Positions 1-9,662 of a DNA stretch of 64,000 bases are shown piece after piece. The stretch comes from Candidatus Heimdallarchaeota archaeon (GTDB lineage Archaea; Asgardarchaeota; Heimdallarchaeia; Hodarchaeales; Hodarchaeaceae). Below the pieces are notes generated by a model. That model worked only from the letters and a program-made list of their open reading frames with translations. It made no database searches and was not told the DNA's origin. The stretch is from the NCBI GenBank assembly GCA_020353515.1, contig CP070695.1, positions 2,969,231 through 3,033,230 of the forward strand, written 5' to 3'. Made by a program: the position numbers and the translations under genes. The first letter of the stretch is position 1. Each line of letters begins with the position of its first letter.

Positions 1-487
1 TTCTGGAAATCCCTTAGGTGGAATATTAAGTGATAAATTTGCTCGTAAACATGTTGTGTGGATATCTGGGTTACTGAGAGGAGTACTTTACCTTTTCTTA
101 GGAATTAAATGGGGACTATTAGCAGCTATTATTGTCTTTACTTTTCAACGTTTTCTATGGGCTATTTATCAACCTGCATTTAGAGCCACGCAGAGTGAAT
201 TGATACCAGAAGCAGTTCGAGGAAAAGAATTCGGATTAGTGCAAGCACTCTTTAACCTTGGTTCTGTACTAGGACCTATAATAGGTGGAGCTTTATATGA
301 TCAATTATTAGGTATAACTTTCAATTTATCTGGTGTGGTGTACCTAGGGGCTGGTATAACATTTGCAGTTGCTGGAATTTTTGGGATAATTGGGAGTATC
401 ACATTCTTAAAATTCGTAACTATAAATCCCCTAGAAACCCAGAAAAAGGCAATTTTTGTTGCAGAATCATCAACTAGTGAAAAATAA
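1..487 (+). CDS. MFS transporter, C-terminal part (gene begins before the window)
   Basis: Frame open from base 2: GGILSDKFARK (MFS motif A), ELIPEAVRGKEFG..FNLGSVLGPIIGG, several TM helices. Confidence 0.85.
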   Translation, partial: SGNPLGGILSDKFARKHVVWISGLLRGVLYLFLGIKWGLLAAIIVFTFQRFLWAIYQPAFRATQSELIPEAVRGKEFGLVQALFNLGSVLGPIIGGALYDQLLGITFNLSGVVYLGAGITFAVAGIFGIIGSITFLKFVTINPLETQKKAIFVAESSTSEK

Positions 488-514
488 CTGAATATCCTTT
501 TTTCTGTATGCAAA

Positions 515-985
515 TCACTTATCTAAGAATTTTTCTAGAAGTATTGCTTCAAGGATAGAACCATGTCGCTCAATTCGCGTTTTAATAAGTGATTGAAATC
601 CATTCTTGGTGTAGAAATCCTCTGATTGATCTACTGAGTTTACGATAATTGATGGAAACCCTTTTTCGTACGCTTCCCTCTCAAGGAATCTTATAATTCT
701 TGAACCAATTCCCCTCCTTTGATACTTGGATTCAACATACATATGTCTGATTTCATTCTCTTTCAATGCCCCCATACCAATAATTTTATCTTTGAGACTA
801 GCGACGATGATTATACGATCAGTAGCTATTTTTTGAATATATTCACTTGTCCGACTATTAGATATCTGGATTCTTACTTCTATGGGAAGATTCGTTGCAT
901 GATTAAGGAAATGATCTTGCATAAGAGAGCTGCACCGTTGTGCATCCTCCATTTTAAAATGACGTAATGCTATGTTTGAATCCAT
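515..985 (-). CDS. GNAT family N-acetyltransferase
   Basis: MYVESKYQRRGIGS acetyl-CoA motif A; FYTKNGF motif B. Confidence 0.9.
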   Translation of the reverse strand: MDSNIALRHFKMEDAQRCSSLMQDHFLNHATNLPIEVRIQISNSRTSEYIQKIATDRIIIVASLKDKIIGMGALKENEIRHMYVESKYQRRGIGSRIIRFLEREAYEKGFPSIIVNSVDQSEDFYTKNGFQSLIKTRIERHGSILEAILLEKFLDK

Positions 986-997
986 AAATTCACCGTT

Positions 998-1384
998 TTA
1001 TAGATCAAAAAGAGTTTTGAGAAAGGTATGTTTTTCTGATTTTAAAAGTGTCCATTTCCCCTTCCTATCTCGTGATATCAATCCAGCATCGTCCAAGATA
1101 GTTAAATGATGAGAAACTGTTGCTTGAGCGAGTCCTGTAATAAACTCTAGTTCACAAGGACATGAAGCTCCCTTATCTATTGACATTAATATATCAAGTC
1201 GTGTTGGCTGATTTAACGCTTTCACTAATTTTCTACCCTCCTTGTATTGATTTTGTTGTTTTGAGGACGAGATGAGATCTTTAATCCGCATTAATTCATT
1301 GATTCTTGCTGGAACGGATTCCCATTTTACCAATTGCATATCGAGAAGTTCAGTAAGTTTCCTTTCGAGTTCCGAATCTCCCAT
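998..1384 (-). CDS. ArsR/SmtB family transcriptional regulator
   Basis: ALNQPTRLDIL..CPCEL..LAQATVSHHLTIL..AGLI; divergent from ars remnants. Confidence 0.9.
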   Translation of the reverse strand: MGDSELERKLTELLDMQLVKWESVPARINELMRIKDLISSSKQQNQYKEGRKLVKALNQPTRLDILMSIDKGASCPCELEFITGLAQATVSHHLTILDDAGLISRDRKGKWTLLKSEKHTFLKTLFDL

Positions 1385-1451
1385 TAACTAGTTCTCCAAT
1401 CTATGATTATTTCTTTAATATTATGAAGATGACACGAATGAGTCGTTTCGA

Positions 1452-1481
1452 CAAATCGATATATTTAAAAATTTCGATTTG
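1452..1481. promoter_or_regulatory. Inverted repeat flanking a TATA-like box; candidate ArsR operator
   Basis: CAAATCGA (1452-1459) and TCGATTTG (1474-1481) around TTTAAAAA, between arsR and the ars remnants. Confidence 0.55.
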
Positions 1482-1527
1482 ATATCATATTTCATAACAA
1501 TTCTTATCGAATGAAGGCGTAGAGGCA

Positions 1528-1614
1528 GTGAACCTAATTGAAATTCTTCAAGGAGCTGGGGAAAGTTCAATTTTAACTCTTTTTGATTATCTTTCTCTTC
1601 ATGTTAAAATTTAA
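1528..1614 (+). pseudogene. N-terminal stub of an ArsP/DUF318-like permease
   Basis: GTG start after GAGG; MNLIEILQGAGESSILTLFDYLSLHV resembles the ...DYLSxHV N-terminus of archaeal ArsP-type permeases; ends at TAA. Confidence 0.45.
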
Positions 1615-1824
1615 TATTCTGAAACAGTGACCTTATCATTTACCGCTGCTTCAAACAATTTCGAATTAGCTATTGCTGTAGGTATAGCCACCTTTGGTAT
1701 TAATTCTGATCAAGCGTTAGCTACTGTAGTTGGACCTCTCATCGAGGTGCCAGTCCTATTAACCCTAGTCTATCTTGCTCTTTGGTTAAAAAAGTACTTG
1801 TTTAAAAATGAATTACAATGTTGA
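1615..1824 (+). pseudogene. acr3: C-terminal remnant of Acr3 arsenite efflux transporter
   Basis: [33 protein letters not shown] is the Acr3 C-terminal signature; only about 69 codons of a ~350 aa protein. Confidence 0.85.
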
Positions 1825-1852
1825 ATATATGCGAATAGGAAGTCTATAGATA

Positions 1853-2101
1853 ATGTCAAAAATAATAGTTGAAGTATTTGGTCCTGGTTGTGCCAAATGT
1901 AAAGCCCTGAAACACAATGCTGAAGAAGCCCTTGAAAAATTGGGTTGGAATGATGCAGAACTTCGGTATATCACGAATGTCGAAGAATATATTGAACGAG
2001 GAATTGCATCCACCCCCGCTCTAGCAGTAAATGGAAAGGTCATTCTCTCTGGAAAATATCTTCCCACGGACAATCTAGTGGAATTACTCCAAAAATATTA
2101 A
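1853..2101 (+). CDS. Small thioredoxin-like redox-active disulfide protein (MTH895/ArsE-like)
   Basis: GPGCAKC and TPALAVNGKV; typical ars operon member. Confidence 0.9.
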   Translation: MSKIIVEVFGPGCAKCKALKHNAEEALEKLGWNDAELRYITNVEEYIERGIASTPALAVNGKVILSGKYLPTDNLVELLQKY

Positions 2102-2561
2102 GAAAAAAGAATTCTTAGGATGGATTCTCCTCGCGCAATAGAGCTTGGGGGAAGGAGTAGATCTGTTTTCATAAATGGTGAATTGATCGCTATATTCAAT
2201 CTTGAACAGAGGCTGAAAGAGCTATAAAATCAACATTTACGACAATTAACCTTGGTAGCTAGAATTTAATCCAACGATTGAAGATAATTTTCTAAGATTA
2301 ATTGATGTTGATATTATGAGATCAATTTACCAGAAAAGATAGTTCTGTTAACAATTATATGTAGCCTTTGGCGGTTATAGATGTCAATATGGGAAGATAA
2401 AAATAAACTTAGATTGTTCTTGTTACATACTCTTGTTTTGTAAATACGAGAATGAATCAGCTTTAAAAATCCTAGATTATCAATCCTTGATAATGTATTA
2501 AAAGGCAAAAGTCTGTGTTGAACACATTAATACTGGTAGTGCGTAAATAAAAAAGTTAAAG

Positions 2562-2822
2562 TTGGACGTAAAAGTGAGAAGATTTGCTTTTCAAGAACTT
2601 GCATATGCTATTGTAGTAGCAGCCGCATATGGTTTGATAATAGGTATTTATGTCACGAGTGTGATCGATCTTGTTATTATTGAGGCACTACCTCTTTATA
2701 TTATCTTGTGGGTATTATTCATTTGTATGCATCTTGGTGGGATATTTTTGCTTGTAAAACTTGAAGAAATGCAAGAAAATACACAAAAATCAAAAACTTC
2801 ATCAGAGAATGAACAAAAATAA
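2562..2822 (+). CDS. Small hypothetical membrane protein (2 TM)
   Basis: Two hydrophobic segments and a polar tail. Confidence 0.55.
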   Translation: MDVKVRRFAFQELAYAIVVAAAYGLIIGIYVTSVIDLVIIEALPLYIILWVLFICMHLGGIFLLVKLEEMQENTQKSKTSSENEQK

Positions 2823-2854
2823 GTTAATAGAAGACTAGCGAGAGGAAAATGATT

Positions 2855-5107
2855 TTATATAGCTAAAATCTCATCTTTCGACATTTCAGAGATTTTTACC
2901 CAAATTTTTTCTAGTTCTGGTAAAATTTCAGAAATATTTTTTACATTTCCATCAATGATTTTCTGAGCTAGAGAGTCAAGAATTTCTTTCATGTGGTCTG
3001 ACATTTCTGTGGTCTTTTCTTGATCATCATTTAAATCTTTCAATCTCATTTTTATACTACGATGCTCCTGTTCCAACCCAAAGATTTCTGGGAATTGATC
3101 TTTTAATAAATTTAATATGGAATTTTGAATCTTGAGATTTACTTCATTAAAGACTCTTTTTAAGACAATTTCATTGAAATAAAGAACTCTCTCAGCATGT
3201 AACCGAACTTGTCTTTCTCTTTTCAGAGCTTCTTGATGTTCTCTTTCAGCCACTTTCATTGCTTCGATACGTTCTTTTTCCTTCTTTATTACGAGATCAA
3301 TCCTATCAGTAACAGATTCATCAGTGGAGGAAACACCGAACGACTTACTAATATCTCCTGACAACCAAAGGCTTCCTGGTTCATATAGACTCTCTACAGT
3401 TGCACGAGTAATATAATTCTCCAATTTTGCTGCTCGAGCATCAGCCATTGATTTAATCCTTAAATCTGTTAATAATTGGTTAATTTTACTAAAAACCTGC
3501 CTATGTTTCAATGATTTTGCTTGGTACTCTAATGAGGCTTCATTTTGACAAAGAAGTCCAACTAGTTTTGATTCATCACTTGAAAAAAGAATAGACAAAT
3601 TTTTACCAGGATAATTTTGAAGCTCATAAAGGAATTCCACAGGATGAAGACTTATTTCAAGGTTTTGGTCATTTTGGAGTAATATTAACCTAAAAACATT
3701 CGAACAATGATCAATAATGATTTTTATGTGATCCAACAAGCGTTCTGTTTGATCTTTGCTAATCATACTAGATTTAATGCCAAGAGTATCCATTCGTTTA
3801 GACGTGATAGACTTAGGTGAGTCTAGTAACATTTCAATGATTGTTTGCTGTTTATCTTGCTTTAGAAGACAAACAGGGATAAAACCCTGCTCACGTAGCT
3901 CATCTTTTAATTCTAGGAAATTATATTCTTCTTGTAAATTGTGGATATACATTTCCATCCAAGCTGATGATAATATTTTCATGTGTTCAACATCAATGTC
4001 ACCTTGAACGTTTAAACGACTTAAAATCCCTCTAATATCTAGACAACGTTGTTTAGAATAAGAAATAATTGATTGTAGATTTACATTTTGTTCTGAGAGC
4101 ATCAAGTAGTTCCAATTTCCTAGTGTGTTTGAATGACCATTATCAGATTGTCTTTCCTCAAAGTTATGGATATAGAAGAACCTTTCTTCTGGCCTTTGGT
4201 TAGGAATCCTAATTTGAACATGAAATTTGGCAAAAAGCAATTGATAAGGGTTATCAGGTCGACTTGATGTATGATTAAGATAGAGAGAATTCTTCAATTC
4301 TTCCTCTAAGAGTTCCAGAATCTCTTTGGAAACTATCTGTTCATCATAAGTAATAGGGGAAAATAACTCTCTAGAGGTTGTGTCATAAAAAACGGAAGTA
4401 GCAAATTCATATGAACGTCTACCAATATCACCAAACGATTCTAGTTCTTTTACATCATCGAACTTTCTAGTAAAATAATTTTCAACAAATGGGCAGATAA
4501 CAAAAAATCCTGCATCAAAAAAGACTAAAGGATCCATTTTCTCAATAGAAAAATTAGATTTAATATCTTCAAAAAATTCTGAAGCAAATCCTTTATTTAA
4601 AGCACCAGCTAACTCTGCCATTGCCCATCTCAAATCTAAGTTGGGAACCACTTCTTTTAAGAATGAAAAGAACGAAACCGCATATATATCAACTAGATTG
4701 GTCATGATTACTTTTGGATTCACTATTAAACGAGCGTGAGTAACTAAATCTTTCTCTATCTTAACTGCCCAATCATAAAGAAGGGAATATACATGTACGA
4801 GAGACTCAAAATCCATTGTCAGATGTTTCTTAGCCTCGATGAGATTTTCTAGCACAACTTTGACTCGGTCATCCTCATCGACCTTATCTCTTGCTTCTTT
4901 ATCTCGTTTTAGTTTGTCCATGACATAATTTGCAAGGTAAAAGGCAGATACAGCTGTATCAATGTCTGTATGGTATGAACTTGCCAAGTTTTGTAAAAGT
5001 TCATCGTACATAACTTTATACGTACCAAAAATTTCTAGAACATTTCTCCTTCTCTCTAAAACGCCTTTGAGCTCATCAATTAAGGACATACCGTATTCGA
5101 CGGCCAT
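2855..5107 (-). CDS. Large hypothetical protein, helical, with C-terminal coiled coil
   Basis: 750 aa ORF, GGTGA RBS, KKEKERIEAMKVAEREHQEALKRERQ coiled coil; no recognised motif. Confidence 0.8.
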   Translation of the reverse strand: MAVEYGMSLIDELKGVLERRRNVLEIFGTYKVMYDELLQNLASSYHTDIDTAVSAFYLANYVMDKLKRDKEARDKVDEDDRVKVVLENLIEAKKHLTMDFESLVHVYSLLYDWAVKIEKDLVTHARLIVNPKVIMTNLVDIYAVSFFSFLKEVVPNLDLRWAMAELAGALNKGFASEFFEDIKSNFSIEKMDPLVFFDAGFFVICPFVENYFTRKFDDVKELESFGDIGRRSYEFATSVFYDTTSRELFSPITYDEQIVSKEILELLEEELKNSLYLNHTSSRPDNPYQLLFAKFHVQIRIPNQRPEERFFYIHNFEERQSDNGHSNTLGNWNYLMLSEQNVNLQSIISYSKQRCLDIRGILSRLNVQGDIDVEHMKILSSAWMEMYIHNLQEEYNFLELKDELREQGFIPVCLLKQDKQQTIIEMLLDSPKSITSKRMDTLGIKSSMISKDQTERLLDHIKIIIDHCSNVFRLILLQNDQNLEISLHPVEFLYELQNYPGKNLSILFSSDESKLVGLLCQNEASLEYQAKSLKHRQVFSKINQLLTDLRIKSMADARAAKLENYITRATVESLYEPGSLWLSGDISKSFGVSSTDESVTDRIDLVIKKEKERIEAMKVAEREHQEALKRERQVRLHAERVLYFNEIVLKRVFNEVNLKIQNSILNLLKDQFPEIFGLEQEHRSIKMRLKDLNDDQEKTTEMSDHMKEILDSLAQKIIDGNVKNISEILPELEKIWVKISEMSKDEILAI

Positions 5108-5226
5108 TATATCACCAGAGAGTATCCAAATAACGAATCAGAAATATAAAGACGGTGACTGTTAATATGTATTTGCCAAAGAAATATTTCAGATTTTAAA
5201 TTTCAGAGATGTTCTTAACGATTATC

Positions 5227-7332
5227 TTATCTCAGAAGCCTTAATGAGTTCAGTACCGTCAAAATTGTAACGCCAACGTCCCCAAACACAGCAGCCCACA
5301 TTGTTGCAAGCCCCATAGCTCCCAAAAGAATGAAGATTGCCTTTATACCTAAAGCCAAAACAATATTTTGTTTTGCTAATCTGTTTGTCTTTTTGGCGAT
5401 ATCTATGGCATCACTTAATTTTGAAGGATTATCTTCCATGATAACTAAGTCTGCTGCTTCAATAGTAGCATCTGAACCGATACCACCCATTGCAACTCCG
5501 ATATCTGCTCTTGCAATAACTGGTGCATCGTTAATTCCATCTCCTACAAAAATAACGGCCCCAACTCCATTTTTCTTGTAGATATATCTTTCCAAAATTT
5601 CTAATTTATTTAAAGGCATTAAATTGGCATATATTTCCGATTGATCTATTCCTAATTCTTTTCCAACTCTCTCTGCAACATTTTTACTGTCACCAGTTAA
5701 CAAACCAATATTTAAGATACCTTGAGACTTCAATCTCTTAACTGCTTCATAAGAGCTGGTTTTAATCTGATCATCGATAATAATATGACCGATGTACTCC
5801 CCATTCCTTATTACATAAACAGCAGTCTCATCACGAATGCATTCTGAATGAGGACAATTTACTTTATGAGTCAGTTTATCATTTCCCACAACGATCGATT
5901 CATTAGATTTTGTCTTCATCATTATTCCTAAAGCAGGGAGCTCTTCATATTCCTCAATCTGTGTTAAATCCACTTGTTTTCCATAAGCCTCACGAATCGA
6001 AGCTGCAATGGGGTGTGTAGAATGCGCTTCTGCAAGTGCCGCATAGGCAAGAATATCATGAGGGCTGTAATCTGGGATTGGTACTATTGTTATCACTTTA
6101 AACTTACCTACAGTCAATGTTCCCGTCTTATCCCACAATACGGTTGATACTTCATTGAGTGAATCAATCACATTAGCACCTTTCAGTAGAATTCCCTCTC
6201 GTGAACTCTTACCAATTCCGGAAAAATAAACTAACGGGATTGAAACAACTAAAGCACAAGGGCAGGAGATGACTAGAATAACAAAAGCACGATACACCCA
6301 CACATCAAAGGCTTGTCTGAATAATAATGGGGGAATTATTGCAATGAAGAGAGCTAATAAAAGAACCAACGGAGTGTAGTAACGAGCAAATCGAGTGATG
6401 AATAATTCCGTTTTAGATTTATTTTTAGCTGCATTTTCAACAGCATTCAAGATTCTTGAAACTGTAGAGTCATAACAGGGAGATGTTACCTGAATGTGAA
6501 TACTGCTACTTGTTATTGAACCTGAAAGAACTTCATCGTCTTCTTTTACAACTACAGGTCGGGATTCCCCAGTCAGAGTCGTCATATCTAAGTTTGAATG
6601 TCCTTTTACAATCTTTCCATCTAATGGAATTCGTTCTCCTGGTTTTACTAAAATGATATCATCAGGTTTTACTTCTGCGATGGGAACAGTTGTGATGCTA
6701 TCTGCAACAACAAGGTGAGCTTGATCTGGCCGTATATCCAACAGAGAACCAATTGATTGTCTTGAATGATTAATTGCCTTGGTCTGTAAGTATTCTCCTA
6801 TTGTGTAAAAGACCATGACAGCTACAGCTTCAGGTATTTCCTGAATTATAATTGCTCCAATGGTAGCCACAGACATCAGGATATACTCATTTGTAAAATC
6901 ATAGTTTCGTAACTGAAGAATCGCATTTTTAAGTACTTTCCAACCAGCGATGAAATATGCGAGAAAAAAAGACATATAACCAGTCAATATGACTTGTTCT
7001 GTCATTGAGGGATTTGTTAGCACGATTCCAAGTCCAAGAAGCAGTAAAGAAACAGTGATTCGAACAATTGCGATCCAATTCCTGTCTTGTGGTTGATCCA
7101 TGGTTATCTCAGGAAAAGCCTGAGCTCCTGGTTCAATTTTTGAAATGATCGCATTAATCTCTTTTGAATGAGAATCACATTTTTTCTCCCCACAACTAAA
7201 AGTAAGCACTCTTGTGGCAAAGTTTAATTGGACGTCTGCGAAATTTTGATCTTTTAGTGTATTTTCTATCTTAAGCGCACAATTCGCACAGCTTAATCCT
7301 TTGATGGAATATTTATGGACATCCTGCCCCAT
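5227..7332 (-). CDS. cadA: Heavy-metal (Cd/Zn/Pb) P1B-type ATPase
   Basis: GLSCANC HMA domain, TGES, SCPCAL, DKTGT, HP, GDGINDAP. Confidence 0.93.
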   Translation of the reverse strand: MGQDVHKYSIKGLSCANCALKIENTLKDQNFADVQLNFATRVLTFSCGEKKCDSHSKEINAIISKIEPGAQAFPEITMDQPQDRNWIAIVRITVSLLLLGLGIVLTNPSMTEQVILTGYMSFFLAYFIAGWKVLKNAILQLRNYDFTNEYILMSVATIGAIIIQEIPEAVAVMVFYTIGEYLQTKAINHSRQSIGSLLDIRPDQAHLVVADSITTVPIAEVKPDDIILVKPGERIPLDGKIVKGHSNLDMTTLTGESRPVVVKEDDEVLSGSITSSSIHIQVTSPCYDSTVSRILNAVENAAKNKSKTELFITRFARYYTPLVLLLALFIAIIPPLLFRQAFDVWVYRAFVILVISCPCALVVSIPLVYFSGIGKSSREGILLKGANVIDSLNEVSTVLWDKTGTLTVGKFKVITIVPIPDYSPHDILAYAALAEAHSTHPIAASIREAYGKQVDLTQIEEYEELPALGIMMKTKSNESIVVGNDKLTHKVNCPHSECIRDETAVYVIRNGEYIGHIIIDDQIKTSSYEAVKRLKSQGILNIGLLTGDSKNVAERVGKELGIDQSEIYANLMPLNKLEILERYIYKKNGVGAVIFVGDGINDAPVIARADIGVAMGGIGSDATIEAADLVIMEDNPSKLSDAIDIAKKTNRLAKQNIVLALGIKAIFILLGAMGLATMWAAVFGDVGVTILTVLNSLRLLR

Positions 7333-7337
7333 GTCGA

Positions 7338-7700
7338 CTACTCTCCACCTACAGGATGTACTTTAAGATGTTCCAATGCATTTTCTAAAATTGGTTCTAA
7401 GTGCTCAATTTCAAGTGAATAATAATTTTCCTTGCCCTCACGACGGAATTTGACAAAGTTCCCTTCTCGAAGTTCCTTCAATTGATGAGAAATTGCTGAA
7501 GGAGATAATCCTAAGATTTCACTAAGATCACAAACACATAGTTCAGTCTCAAGTAATGCTAAAAGAATCCTAATCCTAGTTTCTCCAGAAACCATTCTAA
7601 AAAATTTAGTTAATTTGGTGGGATTTGATTCATCAATCTTTTTACGAGCATATGCTATCTGTTCAGGATGAATTTCGATTGTTTTACAAGGTTCAACCAT
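7338..7700 (-). CDS. ArsR/SmtB (CadC-like) metal-responsive repressor
   Basis: ELCVCDL..SAISHQL; 5 bp upstream of the ATPase. Confidence 0.92.
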   Translation of the reverse strand: MVEPCKTIEIHPEQIAYARKKIDESNPTKLTKFFRMVSGETRIRILLALLETELCVCDLSEILGLSPSAISHQLKELREGNFVKFRREGKENYYSLEIEHLEPILENALEHLKVHPVGGE

Positions 7701-7752
7701 TGGTAACCAAACTCTTAGGAATAAACTCTATCTAAGAAGTTATTAACAATAG

Positions 7753-7783
7753 TTTATAAAAATATTTGAGCACTTCCTCAAAT
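7753..7783. promoter_or_regulatory. TATA box plus adjacent palindrome; candidate CadC/SmtB operator
   Basis: TTTATAAA (7753-7760) next to ATTTGAG-cacttc-CTCAAAT (7764-7783). Confidence 0.6.
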
Positions 7784-7871
7784 GTGTTGCTTTTTATTCT
7801 AGTTTTAATTAAAGAATTTTAAGGAAATTAAGAGTGATGCTAAACGAATCAATTAAAAGTACTTATTTTTC

Positions 7872-8468
7872 TCAAATATTCCCTAAATTGTATTTTTTCA
7901 ACTCTTGGGAGATTTTTGTCTTCACACCAGCTGTTATTTCTTCCTGCCACGTTTTTAATAGCGAAAATATGACCCCATGATGTTCCATACGCTTCAATCC
8001 GATCTCATGTTCAATGTTATTCCTGGAAAAGGTCATATCCGTTAGAATAACAACTAGAAATCCATGGGATTGAAGATCAATTGCAGTTTGGGCAATACAC
8101 ACATCAGTTTCAAAACCACAAAGTACCGCTATCTGACGGTGGGTATTTCTAATTGCTACTTGGATATCTCTCTGGCCCCAGCAACTATAAACATATTTAT
8201 CAAAAATTTTAGTGTTTGAGGGGAGTGTATCTAGAAATATGTCTGGTAAGGACCCATTCTTCTTGATATCTTCAGCTGTGATAATGAGAGGGATATTCAA
8301 GACGCCAGAAAGTCTAATCAGATGTGTAAACTTTTGTAAAAAGATTAACTGCTCTTTGTTTGTTATCCCTTTCATGAATGTTGATTGGACATCAATAATC
8401 ATGATAAAACAATTATCAACTTCAATTAATTCTGAAGAACGAGAAACAGGTTCAAAATTTTCTTCCAT
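7872..8468 (-). CDS. Isochorismatase family cysteine hydrolase
   Basis: IIDVQ, K..YSCW, GFETDVCIAQTA (Asp-Lys-Cys triad). Confidence 0.9.
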   Translation of the reverse strand: MEENFEPVSRSSELIEVDNCFIMIIDVQSTFMKGITNKEQLIFLQKFTHLIRLSGVLNIPLIITAEDIKKNGSLPDIFLDTLPSNTKIFDKYVYSCWGQRDIQVAIRNTHRQIAVLCGFETDVCIAQTAIDLQSHGFLVVILTDMTFSRNNIEHEIGLKRMEHHGVIFSLLKTWQEEITAGVKTKISQELKKYNLGNI

Positions 8469-8577
8469 TTTGAATCATCCTTAGATGTAACGTCATATAA
8501 TCTTAAAAGGAATGAAGCATTAAAATTAGCTGATTCTCAATATCAACAGTCAATGTTAGAATAAGGAGCTAGTAATT

Positions 8578-8712
8578 GTGATTCTCATTCAAACCTATCA
8601 AGAGCTCTATTATGCCTTAAAAGTCCTTCAGTTATTAAAAGAAAGTGATAAACTGTTATATGAAAGACTCTATGAACAAATTACAGACCAAATTGAGAAA
8701 CTAATTCAATGA
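8578..8712 (+). CDS. Putative 44-aa small helical protein (not in ORF track)
   Basis: AAGGAG RBS, GTG start, MILIQTYQELYYALKVLQLLKESDKLLYERLYEQITDQIEKLIQ. Confidence 0.45.
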   Translation: MILIQTYQELYYALKVLQLLKESDKLLYERLYEQITDQIEKLIQ

Positions 8713-8975
8713 TCAGTCTGAACTAATTCGTTTTAGAGTTAAACGATTTGATCTTACATAGAAATCTCACCTAGTATGAAATTCATCTGAAATGTCATTG
8801 CAATACATTGCTTATTCAGAGTTGTTTAAATTGATTCGATTATATTAATAAAACATACAGAAATAAATACGTGAAATCAATCAAAAATCGGAGATAATAC
8901 TCCTTTCTGGTTAAATCGTTCTTCCAACATATTTATTTTTACCTGATCATTTCTATAGGAATTTGATGTGATTCT

Positions 8976-9656
8976 ATGGATTCCTGTCCAATATCCGAGC
9001 TCGTAATAGTACATGATTCTGGTCTACCAGTTTTTGCATGGTTAAATCCTTTAAAAAAGGATATTGCCACGGGTGTAGCAAACCCTGAGTCTCGAGATCT
9101 AATGAGTGGCCTTTTTACTGCAATTCTTACCATGTCTGAAGATATTTCGGAAACCGCGGCAATAAAATCGATTAAAATGCTTCGTTCGACTTTTAAATAT
9201 GCCATAAAAGAGAAGCTAATTTTCATCCTTGGTTATGATTCTACTGCATCTATTGCACAGGAACCACTTGTAGATTCCTTTTTATCTGATATAATTAACG
9301 ATTTCTCAAAACAGTATTCTGATTATATAACAGATGACATGTTACTTGATGGAGACGTATTTGTAAACTTTTCATCTTATATGGAGAAGGGTGTCACTGA
9401 TCCACGTTGGAAAATCGAACAAACTGAACAGGAAATGCTTGATCATATTCATGAGCTCCTTTTAGATATTGTCGGTCCTATAGGAACTGAAATGTTTGAT
9501 AGTAATCTACGAAAACAAACACAATATCGAAGAAGGCGTAGTGCTGACCTTCCTCAATTAGCAAAAGATCTTGTTTATGAAATGTCATTATTAATGGATC
9601 CAGCTCAAGCAAAGCAAATCGGAGATGAAATTCAAAGTATTATCCGGTCAAGGTGA
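8976..9656 (+). CDS. Longin-like domain protein (Asgard type) with C-terminal helical domain
   Basis: ELVIVHDSGLPVF / DLMSGLFTAI / IKSIKM..FKY..LIFILGYD beta-beta-alpha-beta3-alpha pattern typical of Asgard longin-like proteins. Confidence 0.7.
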   Translation: MDSCPISELVIVHDSGLPVFAWLNPLKKDIATGVANPESRDLMSGLFTAILTMSEDISETAAIKSIKMLRSTFKYAIKEKLIFILGYDSTASIAQEPLVDSFLSDIINDFSKQYSDYITDDMLLDGDVFVNFSSYMEKGVTDPRWKIEQTEQEMLDHIHELLLDIVGPIGTEMFDSNLRKQTQYRRRRSADLPQLAKDLVYEMSLLMDPAQAKQIGDEIQSIIRSR

Positions 9657-9662
9657 GATTCT

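Noticed and set aside
2120-2508. Short ORFs after the thioredoxin-like gene (2120..2227 + and 2314..2508 -)
   Set aside because: No recognisable motif; possibly decayed sequence, but unsupported.
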